In this document: positions 1-8,571 of the stretch, piece by piece
Position numbering within the stretch: position 1 is the stretch's first letter
How the letters are laid out: each line of letters opens with the position of its first letter
Source of the DNA: a virus
Virus record (IMG/VR): IMGVR_UViG_3300025809_000014
Location: 33,656-97,655 of that record
Strand: one strand, 5' to 3'
Length of the DNA: 64,000 nt
Translations under genes and position numbers: made by a program
The notes under the pieces: generated by a model
Database searches by the model: none
Told to the model about the DNA's origin: nothing
The model's input: the letters and a program-made list of their open reading frames with translations, nothing else

Positions 1-770
1 AAGTCTTCCAGCTGTGGTTCAACATCACCATTCTTTATCCTGATAGGATTAGAAATAGATCGATTGAACTGACTAACTACTACTGGTGAGTGACCATAGA
101 AGTCACGTGCATAACGTAACTCATCACTCATCTTGTCAATAGCTGCTTTCTTTGTTGGTTGGTCCCTAGTAGTCTTTAATAAACCAATATGATCTAACAC
201 TACAATAGTTATCTCACTAGGGTCATTAGGTATGTATACCTTATTGTATTTGTCTTGCTGTATTATCTCACCACGCTCTAGTGCATAAGCTTTTAGCTCT
301 TTAGCAATACCTACAGGATTCTCTGGCCCATCAATGATTGTAACCACATCTTCAAGCTTTGTCATATAGTCTTCATACATAAGAAACAGATCATGCTCAT
401 CCTTAGTCATCTTCTCTGTCCAACCAAGTAATTTGTTAACAGGTATAATTATACCCTGATCTAAAAATATCTTACGAGATGTCCACTTTGCAAGCTTGTA
501 GGTTCTACTACGCTCCATAGATCTGTACCACACTTTAATCTTTATACCAGACTTCTGTCCTTCTTCAGACATGGCCCAGTCTACAGGATTAAGTACAAAT
601 GCATCATCAATGAAGCTAGTCTTACCTGAACCAGTCAATCCACCAATTAAATAGTACATTGACTTTCTAATGCCAACATACCTATTGAGCCTGTCAAAGC
701 CCATAGGTATACCACCATTTCTTCCGTCAAGGCCCTTCTGGACCTCTTCTTTTAGTAACTTAAAACTCAT
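1..770 (-). CDS. dnaB: DnaB-like (SF4) replicative helicase, runs off the left edge
   Basis: Not in ORF track. Manual translation from ATG at 770: MSFKLLKEEVQKGLDGRNGGIPMGFDRLN...YLIGGLTGSGKTSF (Walker A), YRSMERS, IVVLDHIGL (Walker B), VVVSQFNRS. Confidence 0.9.
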   Translation of the reverse strand, partial: MSFKLLKEEVQKGLDGRNGGIPMGFDRLNRYVGIRKSMYYLIGGLTGSGKTSFIDDAFVLNPVDWAMSEEGQKSGIKIKVWYRSMERSRTYKLAKWTSRKIFLDQGIIIPVNKLLGWTEKMTKDEHDLFLMYEDYMTKLEDVVTIIDGPENPVGIAKELKAYALERGEIIQQDKYNKVYIPNDPSEITIVVLDHIGLLKTTRDQPTKKAAIDKMSDELRYARDFYGHSPVVVSQFNRSISNPIRIKNGDVEPQLED

Positions 771-886
771 TAGTATCTTAAATCGTTATCAAAGTCATCT
801 TTATCTTCTGGCCAGATGAATCCACCTATCCACATCATTAATCTAGCTACTACTATCCATAGTATTACACTTAATATTATTTTCAT
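770..886 (-). CDS. small membrane protein (38 aa)
   Basis: MKIILSVILWIVVARLMMWIGGFIWPEDKDDFDNDLRY; stop overlaps the helicase ATG (TAATG coupling). Confidence 0.6.
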   Translation of the reverse strand: MKIILSVILWIVVARLMMWIGGFIWPEDKDDFDNDLRY

Positions 887-1013
887 CTTTATAGTTTTTA
901 TTGTTTGCTAATTCTTTTAGTTTATCAAAAGCGTTGGTCATTCTTTTATCATCTGAATAATAATTGCTTTTAATCTTTTTCATCCACTCGTTAAATTCTG
1001 CTGTGTTTTCCAT
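843..1013 (-). CDS. hypothetical protein (56 aa)
   Basis: MENTAEFNEWMKKIKSNYYSDDKRM...; starts 3 nt after the upstream stop and fills the gap. Confidence 0.5.
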   Translation of the reverse strand: MENTAEFNEWMKKIKSNYYSDDKRMTNAFDKLKELANNKNYKDENNIKCNTMDSSS

Positions 1014-1016
1014 AAT

Positions 1017-1646
1017 TTAAATATCTGTTGGACCTCCTGAATTTACATCTACATCATCCTGATCTTTATTTTGCTCCATGAGCTCTATAAAACTTTCAAA
1101 TGTACGTTGATTCAAATAGGGAATAGAACCCTGCATAAAACTCATTATATTTTTTCTCTCACGTATTGAGCGTTCAGCTTTTTGTTTTACCTCATACTTT
1201 AGAGCATCTGTTAGTTGTTTTGCAGTGAATTCTCCTTCTTCTATAATAGTTTTAAACTTCCTTCTACATTCTTCTTTACCTCTACGTAATGATCTAGTTC
1301 CTTTGAACTGCTTACCATTAATAGTAAATGAATCTGTAGGAGGGTATTGTTTCCACCACTCTTCAAAGTCCGTTGTTATTGGTTTACGTTTTATTATCTT
1401 TTTAGCATTCTCATCAGTAACAAACTTTAGTAAATCTTTACCAATAGCTGTTATCTTTTCTTCATCCTTAGTTATTAATCCCTTTCTTATTAAGCTTTGA
1501 TACAGAGCAGCAATTTTCATACTATCCTCATATAAAGGTTGTACGTCATACTGCTCTTCTATCAATTTAAGCAAATAAATCAGATCAAGATTATAACTTT
1601 TTTTGATGAGTTCTTTGAATACTTGTGGGCTTATGTGCATTCTCAT
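1017..1646 (-). CDS. putative replication initiator / replisome organiser
   Basis: N-terminal wHTH-like segment (LYQSLIRKGLI), C-terminal FEEWWKQYP...YLNQRTF motif typical of phage initiators; lies just upstream of the helicase. Confidence 0.6.
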   Translation of the reverse strand: MRMHISPQVFKELIKKSYNLDLIYLLKLIEEQYDVQPLYEDSMKIAALYQSLIRKGLITKDEEKITAIGKDLLKFVTDENAKKIIKRKPITTDFEEWWKQYPPTDSFTINGKQFKGTRSLRRGKEECRRKFKTIIEEGEFTAKQLTDALKYEVKQKAERSIRERKNIMSFMQGSIPYLNQRTFESFIELMEQNKDQDDVDVNSGGPTDI

Positions 1647-1818
1647 CTTTTACTGGTTTTTCTACTACTATAGTAGCAGGTTTCTTTCTCTTTTTCTGTT
1701 GTTCGTATTCCCACTCTTGCCATTCTGCTTCCATTATATACTGCTTATGCAGTGTATCAAACCCTTCTTCAGCAAAACGTGATGCATGTTCCCAGTCTTC
1801 ATTGATTAACTTAGACAT
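1591..1818 (-). CDS. hypothetical protein (75 aa)
   Basis: 3' part of track ORF 1591..2049; likely start MSKLINEDW at 1818, overlapping the upstream stop. Confidence 0.55.
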   Translation of the reverse strand: MSKLINEDWEHASRFAEEGFDTLHKQYIMEAEWQEWEYEQQKKRKKPATIVVEKPVKDENAHKPTSIQRTHQKKL

Positions 1819-2077
1819 TCTTCTTAGTTTTTGGCTTGTTCTTAGAACCTTTTGGTCTACCTCTACCTCTTTTAGGTTTCTTACCACCTTCCCAGGCTTC
1901 ATTAACTTTAGGTGTGCTCTTATCATCACCCACATACTCACCTTTCTTATTACGAGCTCTCTTTGGCTCTTCAAAAGGATCTGGTTCTGCTTTAAAGATT
2001 TGATAAACTGTGAATAAGATACCCACGATAATAACTGTTGCCCATACATAGGCTGATGTACTTAAATTTAACTCCAT
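1811..2077 (-). CDS. membrane-anchored protein with C-terminal AT-hook
   Basis: Hydrophobic helix YVWATVIIVGILFTVYQIF, then KRARNKKGEYVGDDKSTPKVNEAW and KPKRGRGRPKGSKNKPK. Confidence 0.7.
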   Translation of the reverse strand: MELNLSTSAYVWATVIIVGILFTVYQIFKAEPDPFEEPKRARNKKGEYVGDDKSTPKVNEAWEGGKKPKRGRGRPKGSKNKPKTKKNV

Positions 2078-2101
2078 TTTTCTGGTTTTTAATTATTAAT
2101 A

Positions 2102-2365
2102 TTAATTTTTGATTCTAAGGCCAAATTGACTGTGAAACCAATTTAGATTTTCTATTGCTTTATTTGTATTAAACTTGAAGACTTTCTTCATAGTTTTAAT
2201 TGCATATTTATTAAACTCTTCACGTTGTTTAGATGTCATGGTCCAGTTAAAGTACCACTTATCATCATCTAACGTGTCTACTAGTCGCTTACCAACTATA
2301 TCTAGTTGATATTCAATAAGGTGCTTCATGACATTACCTCTATTGATAGTTGCTTTTTTTTTCAT
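2102..2365 (-). CDS. hypothetical protein
   Basis: 87-aa ORF directly downstream of the polymerase, same operon. Confidence 0.7.
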   Translation of the reverse strand: MKKKATINRGNVMKHLIEYQLDIVGKRLVDTLDDDKWYFNWTMTSKQREEFNKYAIKTMKKVFKFNTNKAIENLNWFHSQFGLRIKN

Positions 2366-2369
2366 TTAC

Positions 2370-4328
2370 TTAAAATAGATTTAATTGATTAGGCACTACT
2401 GTATTTTTCTTGCGCTTTCCCTTAGTAAGAATCTTTACTATCATACTTTCTGCTTGATCTATATAGTATTTGTAGTTTATATTATCTACTGAAGAACCTT
2501 TCTCTAGATAATTACAAACGTGACACACCCATTCACCAGCTTCCACCTGACTTCTCTTAGCAGCCTTGCTATCAGAGTTGTGCTTCTTTACCTTGTAAAC
2601 CTTCTCACCAACTTTAGCTACATAGTACCTAATTAGTTTATTATACTTATTTGTAGTATTATTCACCTTATCAATACCTTCGTAATGAAAGTCTCTAGAT
2701 GCTTTCTTCCTGATACAGAAATCATACAAATTCTTATGATTCATAATAGTATCTTTAACAGGAGTACCGTGCACATAGTACTGCTCAAGAGCAATGGGAA
2801 CTATTCTAGCAGACTTGTTCTTGTGTAGTTCAAAGTCTGTAAGAAAGTCCCCCTTTTTCTTGACATAACCATCAGGCATGATGGCCAGGTAGTCATTAAC
2901 AGTGGAAAACAAGATCTTTGTATAGTCTGTACGTTCTAGTACATACTGTGTGGTCTTACACCACCAGTCATTGATCTCATGCATCTTAGGAATCAAGTCT
3001 TTTCTCACTTTAACTGTTACACCGTCTGTGTTAGCAGATATAATCTTGATATCATTAAGCTCATACTTCTCAATAAGCATCATTAGACTAAACTCACCAG
3101 TTATAGTGGTGAACATAGTTAACTGCCTATCATATATCCATGAGTTCATGTCAGATGATTTACCGTACACAGAATTGACTGCAAGTTTAAGTGCTCCTAC
3201 AATTCCTTTAATCCTCCTGTCACCCTTAGCTTGTGGTTTAAGCTCTAGTCGTTTCTCAAACATACGTTTGTATCCATTCAAGAACTCTTTACCCAGGTGA
3301 GCAGGATATTTCTCATTGTTAATTATTATAGCAGGATAATAGCTAGCTACATCCCAATCTATAATCTCATGATCTTCATCTTCTTCAAACACTTCTGGTT
3401 TGTTTTCTGTATGAAGACCGCCTTTCATAAAAGAATACACATTATCATAGAAATGCACGTGCTCTTTGAAGTTATCCATGAGTCCTAGCTTACGCTTCTT
3501 AACACTGCTTAACAGGTCTTGTAGCTGCTTGGTCTCAAACTTAACGTAGTGAGCAATACAATTCTTCATATTGATACTCTTCCTAAAATATCCTTTACGT
3601 GGAAGCTCACGTATATCTATACCCCTTTCTTGACAGTAATACTTCTTGATGATCTCATCACCAATCTTACTATCAGAGTAATTAAGACAGCTTATACCAA
3701 ACTCCTCTTCTATATCTCTACGAAGCTGCACTTGATTGTTACCCTTGTATAATGGGTGCTCTGTCTCACCTATGGTAATCTTATAGAACTCATAAGTTGC
3801 ATCAACATCATTAAAACAATACTGCAATGACAAGAACACTTCATCCTTGGTCATGTTTGTCTTAGTGTGATGTATAGGCATCTCTTCAATGTTCTCAAGA
3901 TCCATTTCAAACTCTAACCTCTTCAGGCTAACACGTCTGTTCTTATTGTCATAGTGGTGTATCTTAAACAAATCCATTTGCTTTAGAGAAAGCTCGTGCT
4001 CTCTGTACTCTGCAAACACATCATAATTAGCATCATGTATGACATCTTGGGCCTTCTGTGCAATCTTAGCACATATCTCTAGTCCAGTTAAATCATGCCA
4101 ATGCTCATAGTTTCTAAGAATCCACTCAACAACCTGACTGTCAAAGCGTAGATTATTATAACCTACCCAATACACATCCTTGTTATCTTCAGTGTACTTA
4201 ACAAATGCATCAAGCTGATTCTGCCACTTACTAACTGTAAAGCTCTTAGGTGTGCTCTCAGGCTTCATGCATACAACTATAAAGCATTCCTGCATAGTTT
4301 CTATGTCATATATAATTACATCATTCAT
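2370..4328 (-). CDS. polB: DNA polymerase family B with 3'-5' exonuclease
   Basis: ExoI YDIET, ExoII GYNNLRFD, ExoIII YCFNDV; polymerase motifs DWDVASYYP, KLAVNSVYGK, ANTDG. Confidence 0.95.
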   Translation of the reverse strand: MNDVIIYDIETMQECFIVVCMKPESTPKSFTVSKWQNQLDAFVKYTEDNKDVYWVGYNNLRFDSQVVEWILRNYEHWHDLTGLEICAKIAQKAQDVIHDANYDVFAEYREHELSLKQMDLFKIHHYDNKNRRVSLKRLEFEMDLENIEEMPIHHTKTNMTKDEVFLSLQYCFNDVDATYEFYKITIGETEHPLYKGNNQVQLRRDIEEEFGISCLNYSDSKIGDEIIKKYYCQERGIDIRELPRKGYFRKSINMKNCIAHYVKFETKQLQDLLSSVKKRKLGLMDNFKEHVHFYDNVYSFMKGGLHTENKPEVFEEDEDHEIIDWDVASYYPAIIINNEKYPAHLGKEFLNGYKRMFEKRLELKPQAKGDRRIKGIVGALKLAVNSVYGKSSDMNSWIYDRQLTMFTTITGEFSLMMLIEKYELNDIKIISANTDGVTVKVRKDLIPKMHEINDWWCKTTQYVLERTDYTKILFSTVNDYLAIMPDGYVKKKGDFLTDFELHKNKSARIVPIALEQYYVHGTPVKDTIMNHKNLYDFCIRKKASRDFHYEGIDKVNNTTNKYNKLIRYYVAKVGEKVYKVKKHNSDSKAAKRSQVEAGEWVCHVCNYLEKGSSVDNINYKYYIDQAESMIVKILTKGKRKKNTVVPNQLNLF

Positions 4329-4518
4329 TCTCTGTCTTTTTTAAATCTTTCCACTCTAAATAAAATCCAATTGCTACAATAACATTCATGCCTACACTAC
4401 TGAGTATTTCGTATAGGTCATGAAAGTTATGTATAGACAAATGCACATGTCCAACCACCCAGAAAGGTATAGCCAAGTTGCCTGCTACCCATCTAATTAA
4501 AAAGGTTATAAACTTCAT
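4321..4518 (-). CDS. small membrane protein
   Basis: 65 aa, two hydrophobic segments, overlaps the polB start. Confidence 0.6.
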   Translation of the reverse strand: MKFITFLIRWVAGNLAIPFWVVGHVHLSIHNFHDLYEILSSVGMNVIVAIGFYLEWKDLKKTENE

Positions 4519-4539
4519 ACTAAGTTATTGGTGAGCTTA

Positions 4540-4570
4540 CAAAAGTAATCAATTTAATGAGATTACCAAA
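4540..4570 (-). promoter_or_regulatory. Bacteroidota housekeeping-sigma promoter for the replication operon
   Basis: Minus strand reads TTTG (4570-4567), 19 nt, TACTTTTG (4547-4540): exact -33/-7 consensus. Confidence 0.7.
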
Positions 4571-5138
4571 TAGAAAATCCACCAGAATTTCTAAGAAAGT
4601 TAATAAACTCCTTAATCATCCACAATGGTGTACCGTGTGAAGGATAGTAGACATTACCATCATTACTAACAACACTAGTAAACATAATTGTACCATAAGG
4701 ATAATCTTCGTTAAGTTTATCTGTTAAGTCATCATCAAGTAAACCTTGACTTCCTGATTGACTCCAAGAATTCATGTTACAATAGATTTGATCGTCAGGA
4801 TCTTTTAAATTATCTTCTTCATCAACAACTTTTTCTAGTGCATCTGCCATAGCATTACACTCTTGCCAGTTTTCTAACCCCAATCCATCATTACCCATCC
4901 ATGAATCAAAGTCAAAATTGAGTTCATATTGTTCTGCTGCATGTTTACATAACATAACTATTGGTCTCCAAGACCACCAATTACTTCTAAAGTAATAACC
5001 AGGATTCTTATCTTCCCACTTTTCTAGTGCATCCCAGTACTCTTTCTTTTGATCTTCAGTAATACTATCATCACTGTAATCAATCTCAGGCCTTTTACCT
5101 GTTAACTTTGGCGATTTGCCATAAATATCTACTCCCAT
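4563..5138 (-). CDS. hypothetical phage protein
   Basis: 191 aa, MGVDIYG...YFRSNWWSWRP...FINFLRNSGGFSIW. Confidence 0.8.
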   Translation of the reverse strand: MGVDIYGKSPKLTGKRPEIDYSDDSITEDQKKEYWDALEKWEDKNPGYYFRSNWWSWRPIVMLCKHAAEQYELNFDFDSWMGNDGLGLENWQECNAMADALEKVVDEEDNLKDPDDQIYCNMNSWSQSGSQGLLDDDLTDKLNEDYPYGTIMFTSVVSNDGNVYYPSHGTPLWMIKEFINFLRNSGGFSIW

Positions 5139-5140
5139 AA

Positions 5141-5245
5141 TTATTCTTCGTTTTCTTCGTTAAACTCTGCATGCTCTTTACAATCAGAGCATCTGTCTGT
5201 GTCATACCACCTTGATGCGCCACAGCAATTACTTAATTCTTCCAT
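5141..5245 (-). CDS. small Cys/His (zinc-finger-like) protein (34 aa)
   Basis: MEELSNCCGASRWYDTDRCSDCKEHAEFNEENEE; exactly fills the gap. Confidence 0.65.
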   Translation of the reverse strand: MEELSNCCGASRWYDTDRCSDCKEHAEFNEENEE

Positions 5246-5247
5246 AA

Positions 5248-5709
5248 TTATTCTTCTTCTAAATATAATTCATCATCGTTATCATCTAAAAACTTCATTA
5301 TAACCTTACCATCATCTAGTACAGGTACAGTGAGTCCTTGTTCGTATTCATCTTCATCAACAAATACTTCAAGTAATCCATCAAACTCTCTCATTATAAA
5401 GTTCATCTCTTTGACACCAAAGTCTATAAGATTAACTGATACATCACCTGGATCAAACAGACCTATCTCTTCAGGTGTTGATACAACTTTACCGTCTAAG
5501 TCTAATAAATATGGATAAACAGGAAATCCGTTCTCCATGTACATTATTTCTGGTGTAACTTGCTCGTGTATTGATTCTTCAGTAAGCTCAAATACTTCTA
5601 CGTGCTCTCTTTCTTCACTACCAGGATACAAATGATTCATGAACAGCATACCTGCTCTTAACTCTTCTGCATCATAGTGACGAAAGTGTAGTTCTACAGC
5701 CACAAACAT
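5248..5709 (-). CDS. acidic hypothetical protein
   Basis: 153-aa ORF in a tightly packed operon. Confidence 0.75.
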   Translation of the reverse strand: MFVAVELHFRHYDAEELRAGMLFMNHLYPGSEEREHVEVFELTEESIHEQVTPEIMYMENGFPVYPYLLDLDGKVVSTPEEIGLFDPGDVSVNLIDFGVKEMNFIMREFDGLLEVFVDEDEYEQGLTVPVLDDGKVIMKFLDDNDDELYLEEE

Positions 5710-5882
5710 TAGACAAATCTTACACTACTACCATGTTTAGTGAACTTTGTGCCACAATTGTCACATGATCCCTCATTAGTAATAAAATTAAACTTAATAC
5801 CCCCTTTAAAACACGCTGGGCACATAACGTGAGGCTGCTTGTTGCTAGCCATTTCATCTGGTAATCTTTTTTGTCCTTCCAT
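5709..5882 (-). CDS. zinc-ribbon protein (57 aa)
   Basis: MEGQKRLPDEMASNKQPHVMCPACFKGGIKFNFITNEGSCDNCGTKF...; CxxC-x-CxxC; TAATG coupling. Confidence 0.65.
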   Translation of the reverse strand: MEGQKRLPDEMASNKQPHVMCPACFKGGIKFNFITNEGSCDNCGTKFTKHGSSVRFV

Positions 5883-5884
5883 TT

Positions 5885-6253
5885 TTATCTATTTAATAGT
5901 TCTTTTCTCTTTATTAATTCACTCTCAACACACTTTGGACATCTGCTTACATTATCATATGCCCATTTTAAGTATTGTAGTGGTATATCTCTCATTGGTA
6001 CATTCTTATGTTTACCAAAGTTTAATGTTTTACCATCTTCTGTTTTAGATTTGTGTACAACAGATCTATATCTTTTTGATCCACCTAATGTAAATTTAAG
6101 CTTCTTACCTCTTTCAGTAATCACTTCTTCTTTTTTCCTAATACTTCTAGTAACTAAAGAATAAGGTATATTGAAGTAACTAGCTGCTAGATTCTTAGAA
6201 TGAAATGACTGTCCAGTGTTCCATTCTATTACACTTATATTTAAAGGAGACAT
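5885..6253 (-). CDS. NUMOD1-like HTH fused to DUF3820-like domain
   Basis: TGQSFHSKNLAASYFNIPYSLVTRSI (NUMOD1-like) plus LNFGKHKNVPMRDIPLQYLKWA (FGKH/YG motif). Confidence 0.6.
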   Translation of the reverse strand: MSPLNISVIEWNTGQSFHSKNLAASYFNIPYSLVTRSIRKKEEVITERGKKLKFTLGGSKRYRSVVHKSKTEDGKTLNFGKHKNVPMRDIPLQYLKWAYDNVSRCPKCVESELIKRKELLNR

Positions 6254-6474
6254 ACCTCAACCCATCCTTTCTCAGAGTGGTTTGCATCTGCAACATAACC
6301 ATCATCTTTTAGTTGTTGTTCTAATTCTAAAGCTGCTTTCCATAGCCCTGGTTCAGGTATCTCATCATGTTCATCATCATAATAAACATCACCACGACAC
6401 TGATAGAATCTATCATCTGGTCCTTGATCTATAAATTCAAACTCATAACCTTTTACTCTTCTGTAACTTTCCAT
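6241..6474 (-). CDS. hypothetical protein
   Basis: 77-aa ORF in operon. Confidence 0.7.
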   Translation of the reverse strand: MESYRRVKGYEFEFIDQGPDDRFYQCRGDVYYDDEHDEIPEPGLWKAALELEQQLKDDGYVADANHSEKGWVEVCLL

Positions 6475-6481
6475 TTTTTAT

Positions 6482-6631
6482 CTATGTTTTTAATATTTCA
6501 TAAGTTATCATACCAAGCATGAGGATTAGCATAAATATAATAATATATAAACACCCACTTGCATTACGTTGGTAATGTTCTCTTGTTCTTCCTTGACTTT
6601 CCATGAAGTCCCATTCTTTATGTCTACTCAT
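6482..6631 (-). CDS. small membrane protein (49 aa)
   Basis: MSRHKEWDFMESQGRTREHYQRNASGCLYIIIFMLILMLGMITYEILKT. Confidence 0.55.
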   Translation of the reverse strand: MSRHKEWDFMESQGRTREHYQRNASGCLYIIIFMLILMLGMITYEILKT

Positions 6632-6771
6632 CTCTTAAAAAGTTTACGTTTAACTCTGCTCCACCACGTAATGTGTAAGTATTCAGCTTCTGTGAATACA
6701 TGTACATGGTTCTTTTTGTCTATAATACAGTGTAATCCTGTTGGAAGTACTATATGTCTTTTAATAATCAT
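6628..6771 (-). CDS. hypothetical protein (47 aa)
   Basis: MIIKRHIVLPTGLHCIIDKKNHVHVFTEAEYLHITWWSRVKRKLFKR; ATGA overlap with the next gene. Confidence 0.55.
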   Translation of the reverse strand: MIIKRHIVLPTGLHCIIDKKNHVHVFTEAEYLHITWWSRVKRKLFKR

Positions 6772-7009
6772 GCTCGTAGTATTTATTTAAGATTAATCTT
6801 TCTATCTCTCCTATTGTATCATAATGTAGAATGCCAATGATATCTTGGCCTCCACATGATATAATATGTGATTCAAACTCTGCAGGTGCTCCTGGATAAC
6901 CAGCCATATCTGCGTCATACATCACTTGCTTCTCCTCTGGTGCATAAAAACCAGTGACATTGAGTACAACATTGTCATACTCAATCTCATGTGTGGTTCC
7001 ATTAGCCAT
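6761..7009 (-). CDS. hypothetical protein
   Basis: 82-aa ORF in operon. Confidence 0.7.
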   Translation of the reverse strand: MANGTTHEIEYDNVVLNVTGFYAPEEKQVMYDADMAGYPGAPAEFESHIISCGGQDIIGILHYDTIGEIERLILNKYYEHDY

Positions 7010-7010
7010 A

Positions 7011-7157
7011 TCAATAGCCTATTTGTTCTAGCGCTTCATCTTCTGCTTCTACTGTATACATAGTATTAGCAATGTTGCACATAAATAGCACTCCAAACAT
7101 GAATGCTGCTTTTCTAAATCTGTAAAACTCCGTGGGTGTTAATTTAATTTTTCTCAT
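7011..7157 (-). CDS. hypothetical protein (48 aa)
   Basis: MRKIKLTPTEFYRFRKAAFMFGVLFMCNIANTMYTVEAEDEALEQIGY; A-rich leader. Confidence 0.55.
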   Translation of the reverse strand: MRKIKLTPTEFYRFRKAAFMFGVLFMCNIANTMYTVEAEDEALEQIGY

Positions 7158-7192
7158 TTTGTATTTATTAATGGTTCAACTTATTTATTAAT

Positions 7193-7399
7193 TAATAACA
7201 ATCATTCAGGTTTTAACGCATAACCTTATTCCCCTGATATACTTTGCTCACTCAACCTCATACTTCGTGAGGTATCTACCCTTGTTCTACAAGTGAGTTT
7301 ATCATTGTTATTATAATATACTTAGAGTGCTTATCCATTGTTGGCTGACACTATTTCAGAATAGTCAGTGGTATTGCTTGACTCATTTCTCTAAGTATA
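7193..7399. ncRNA. candidate structured non-coding RNA (two multi-stem domains)
   Basis: Gap between ORFs with nested inverted repeats: TAATAACAAT/ATTGTTATTA (7193-7202/7304-7313), ACCTCA/TGAGGT, TATACTTAGAG/CTCTAAGTATA (7317-7327/7389-7399), CTATT/AATAG. Confidence 0.4.
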
Positions 7400-7457
7400 A
7401 GAACTATCATCTGCTCTCCTGCAGCGTTGAGGTTATCTAGAAACCAAGATTGTTAGT

Positions 7458-7592
7458 CTAGTTCTTTTTCTCTTTCTCTTTCTTTGCTTCTTCATAACAC
7501 TGTTGACAAGTATGAACCTCGTCACAAGTGCATGTTAGCTCAGGAGATATCTTATAGAGCTCCCAAGCAAACTGTGCATCTTCAAAGAACAT
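7458..7592 (-). CDS. small Cys-rich protein (44 aa)
   Basis: MFFEDAQFAWELYKISPELTCTCDEVHTCQQCYEEAKKEKEKKN; TAATG coupling. Confidence 0.55.
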   Translation of the reverse strand: MFFEDAQFAWELYKISPELTCTCDEVHTCQQCYEEAKKEKEKKN

Positions 7593-7879
7593 TAGCACCA
7601 GTCTTTATAAGTGCAAAGAGTTCTCATTGATATATTTGGATACATTAGTTTGATTTCATCTAATGTTCTATCATCAACGTTAACTAATTCAATTTCATAA
7701 CTATCATTAGTACTAATATCATTAAAGGTTATAGAACCTAACTTATTAGTCAAGAAGTTCATAATTCCCTGATGAATAAGATCAGCTATATGAAAAGCTT
7801 TGAAGTGATCTCCTTCTGCTCTATCCATGTATGTATGTGGATATACTTTAATTGTATTTATCATAATGTTGTAGTACAA
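7592..7879 (-). CDS. hypothetical protein
   Basis: Track ORF; ATG start at 7864 (MINTIK) is also plausible. Confidence 0.6.
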   Translation of the reverse strand: MYYNIMINTIKVYPHTYMDRAEGDHFKAFHIADLIHQGIMNFLTNKLGSITFNDISTNDSYEIELVNVDDRTLDEIKLMYPNISMRTLCTYKDWC

Positions 7880-8000
7880 TGCTCTTCAGCTTTAGAGCTC
7901 CCTAACTTAATATAAGCATAGAGAGAAAGTTATTAGGTGTTAGTATAAGTGTAGCATGTTAATGCTATATTTATTTATTATACTATGAGGATTATAAGAG

Positions 8001-8027
8001 GTGGTAAAAAGTGGATAAAAGTGGATA
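8001..8027. repeat. three 10-bp-period direct repeats (GTGGTAAAAA GTGGATAAAA GTGGATA)
   Basis: Seen directly; reverse complement of the middle unit (TTATCCACT) is one mismatch from the DnaA box TTATCCACA. Confidence 0.6.
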
Positions 8028-8117
8028 CTGTGTACACGTCCGTTCTGTTACATACACAAAACACACGTAAGTTTACGTTTTTTAAGGCCCACCCTTGCTT
8101 ATTCCCACCCTATATAT

Positions 8118-8148
8118 AAAAGAGAGAGCTGTTACACTCTCTCCTTTT
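8118..8148 (-). terminator. intrinsic terminator after gene 8161..8571
   Basis: Minus strand GAGAGAG-TGTAACAG-CTCTCTC followed by TTTT. Confidence 0.65.
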
Positions 8149-8160
8149 AAGGATTGTTGC

Positions 8161-8571
8161 TTAGAAAGCAACCAAATCAGATGGTTCAAATGTTTCAGGC
8201 ACGTACTCAGCAACTTCAGTGATTGCACCTGCATTGATTAAGCCTTGACCATCAGGCATTGCTATCATTGCTAATACTAATCCTGCATTAGCGTACTCTT
8301 CTCCAACAACATGCTCAATGATTGGAAAGCCTGCAAGTTGTGACATTGTAATGGTCTTGTTTCTTACACCACTACCAACTGCAGGTGAGCAGTTAATACC
8401 AAAGCTTGTACCATCAGGTCTTTCTAATACAACGTGCAAACGCTTAGTCGGATGGTTAAAGTTGTTCTTCGTAAAGTTAATTGTTGCACCAGGCCCTGCA
8501 ATCTTTGCTACTGTTCCTAATACTTTTCTTTCTACAGCAGTTCTCTGCTCAAATTTAATTAAGTTTTCCAT
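8161..8571 (-). CDS. hypothetical protein, first gene of the leftward arm
   Basis: 136 aa, own terminator, A-rich leader. Confidence 0.8.
   Translation of the reverse strand: MENLIKFEQRTAVERKVLGTVAKIAGPGATINFTKNNFNHPTKRLHVVLERPDGTSFGINCSPAVGSGVRNKTITMSQLAGFPIIEHVVGEEYANAGLVLAMIAMPDGQGLINAGAITEVAEYVPETFEPSDLVAF

Noticed and set aside
1819-2049. 5' extension of track ORF 1591..2049
   Set aside because: Fully overlaps the better-supported 1811..2077 gene in another frame
7193-7399. tRNA gene
   Set aside because: No cloverleaf or properly placed T-loop found on either strand
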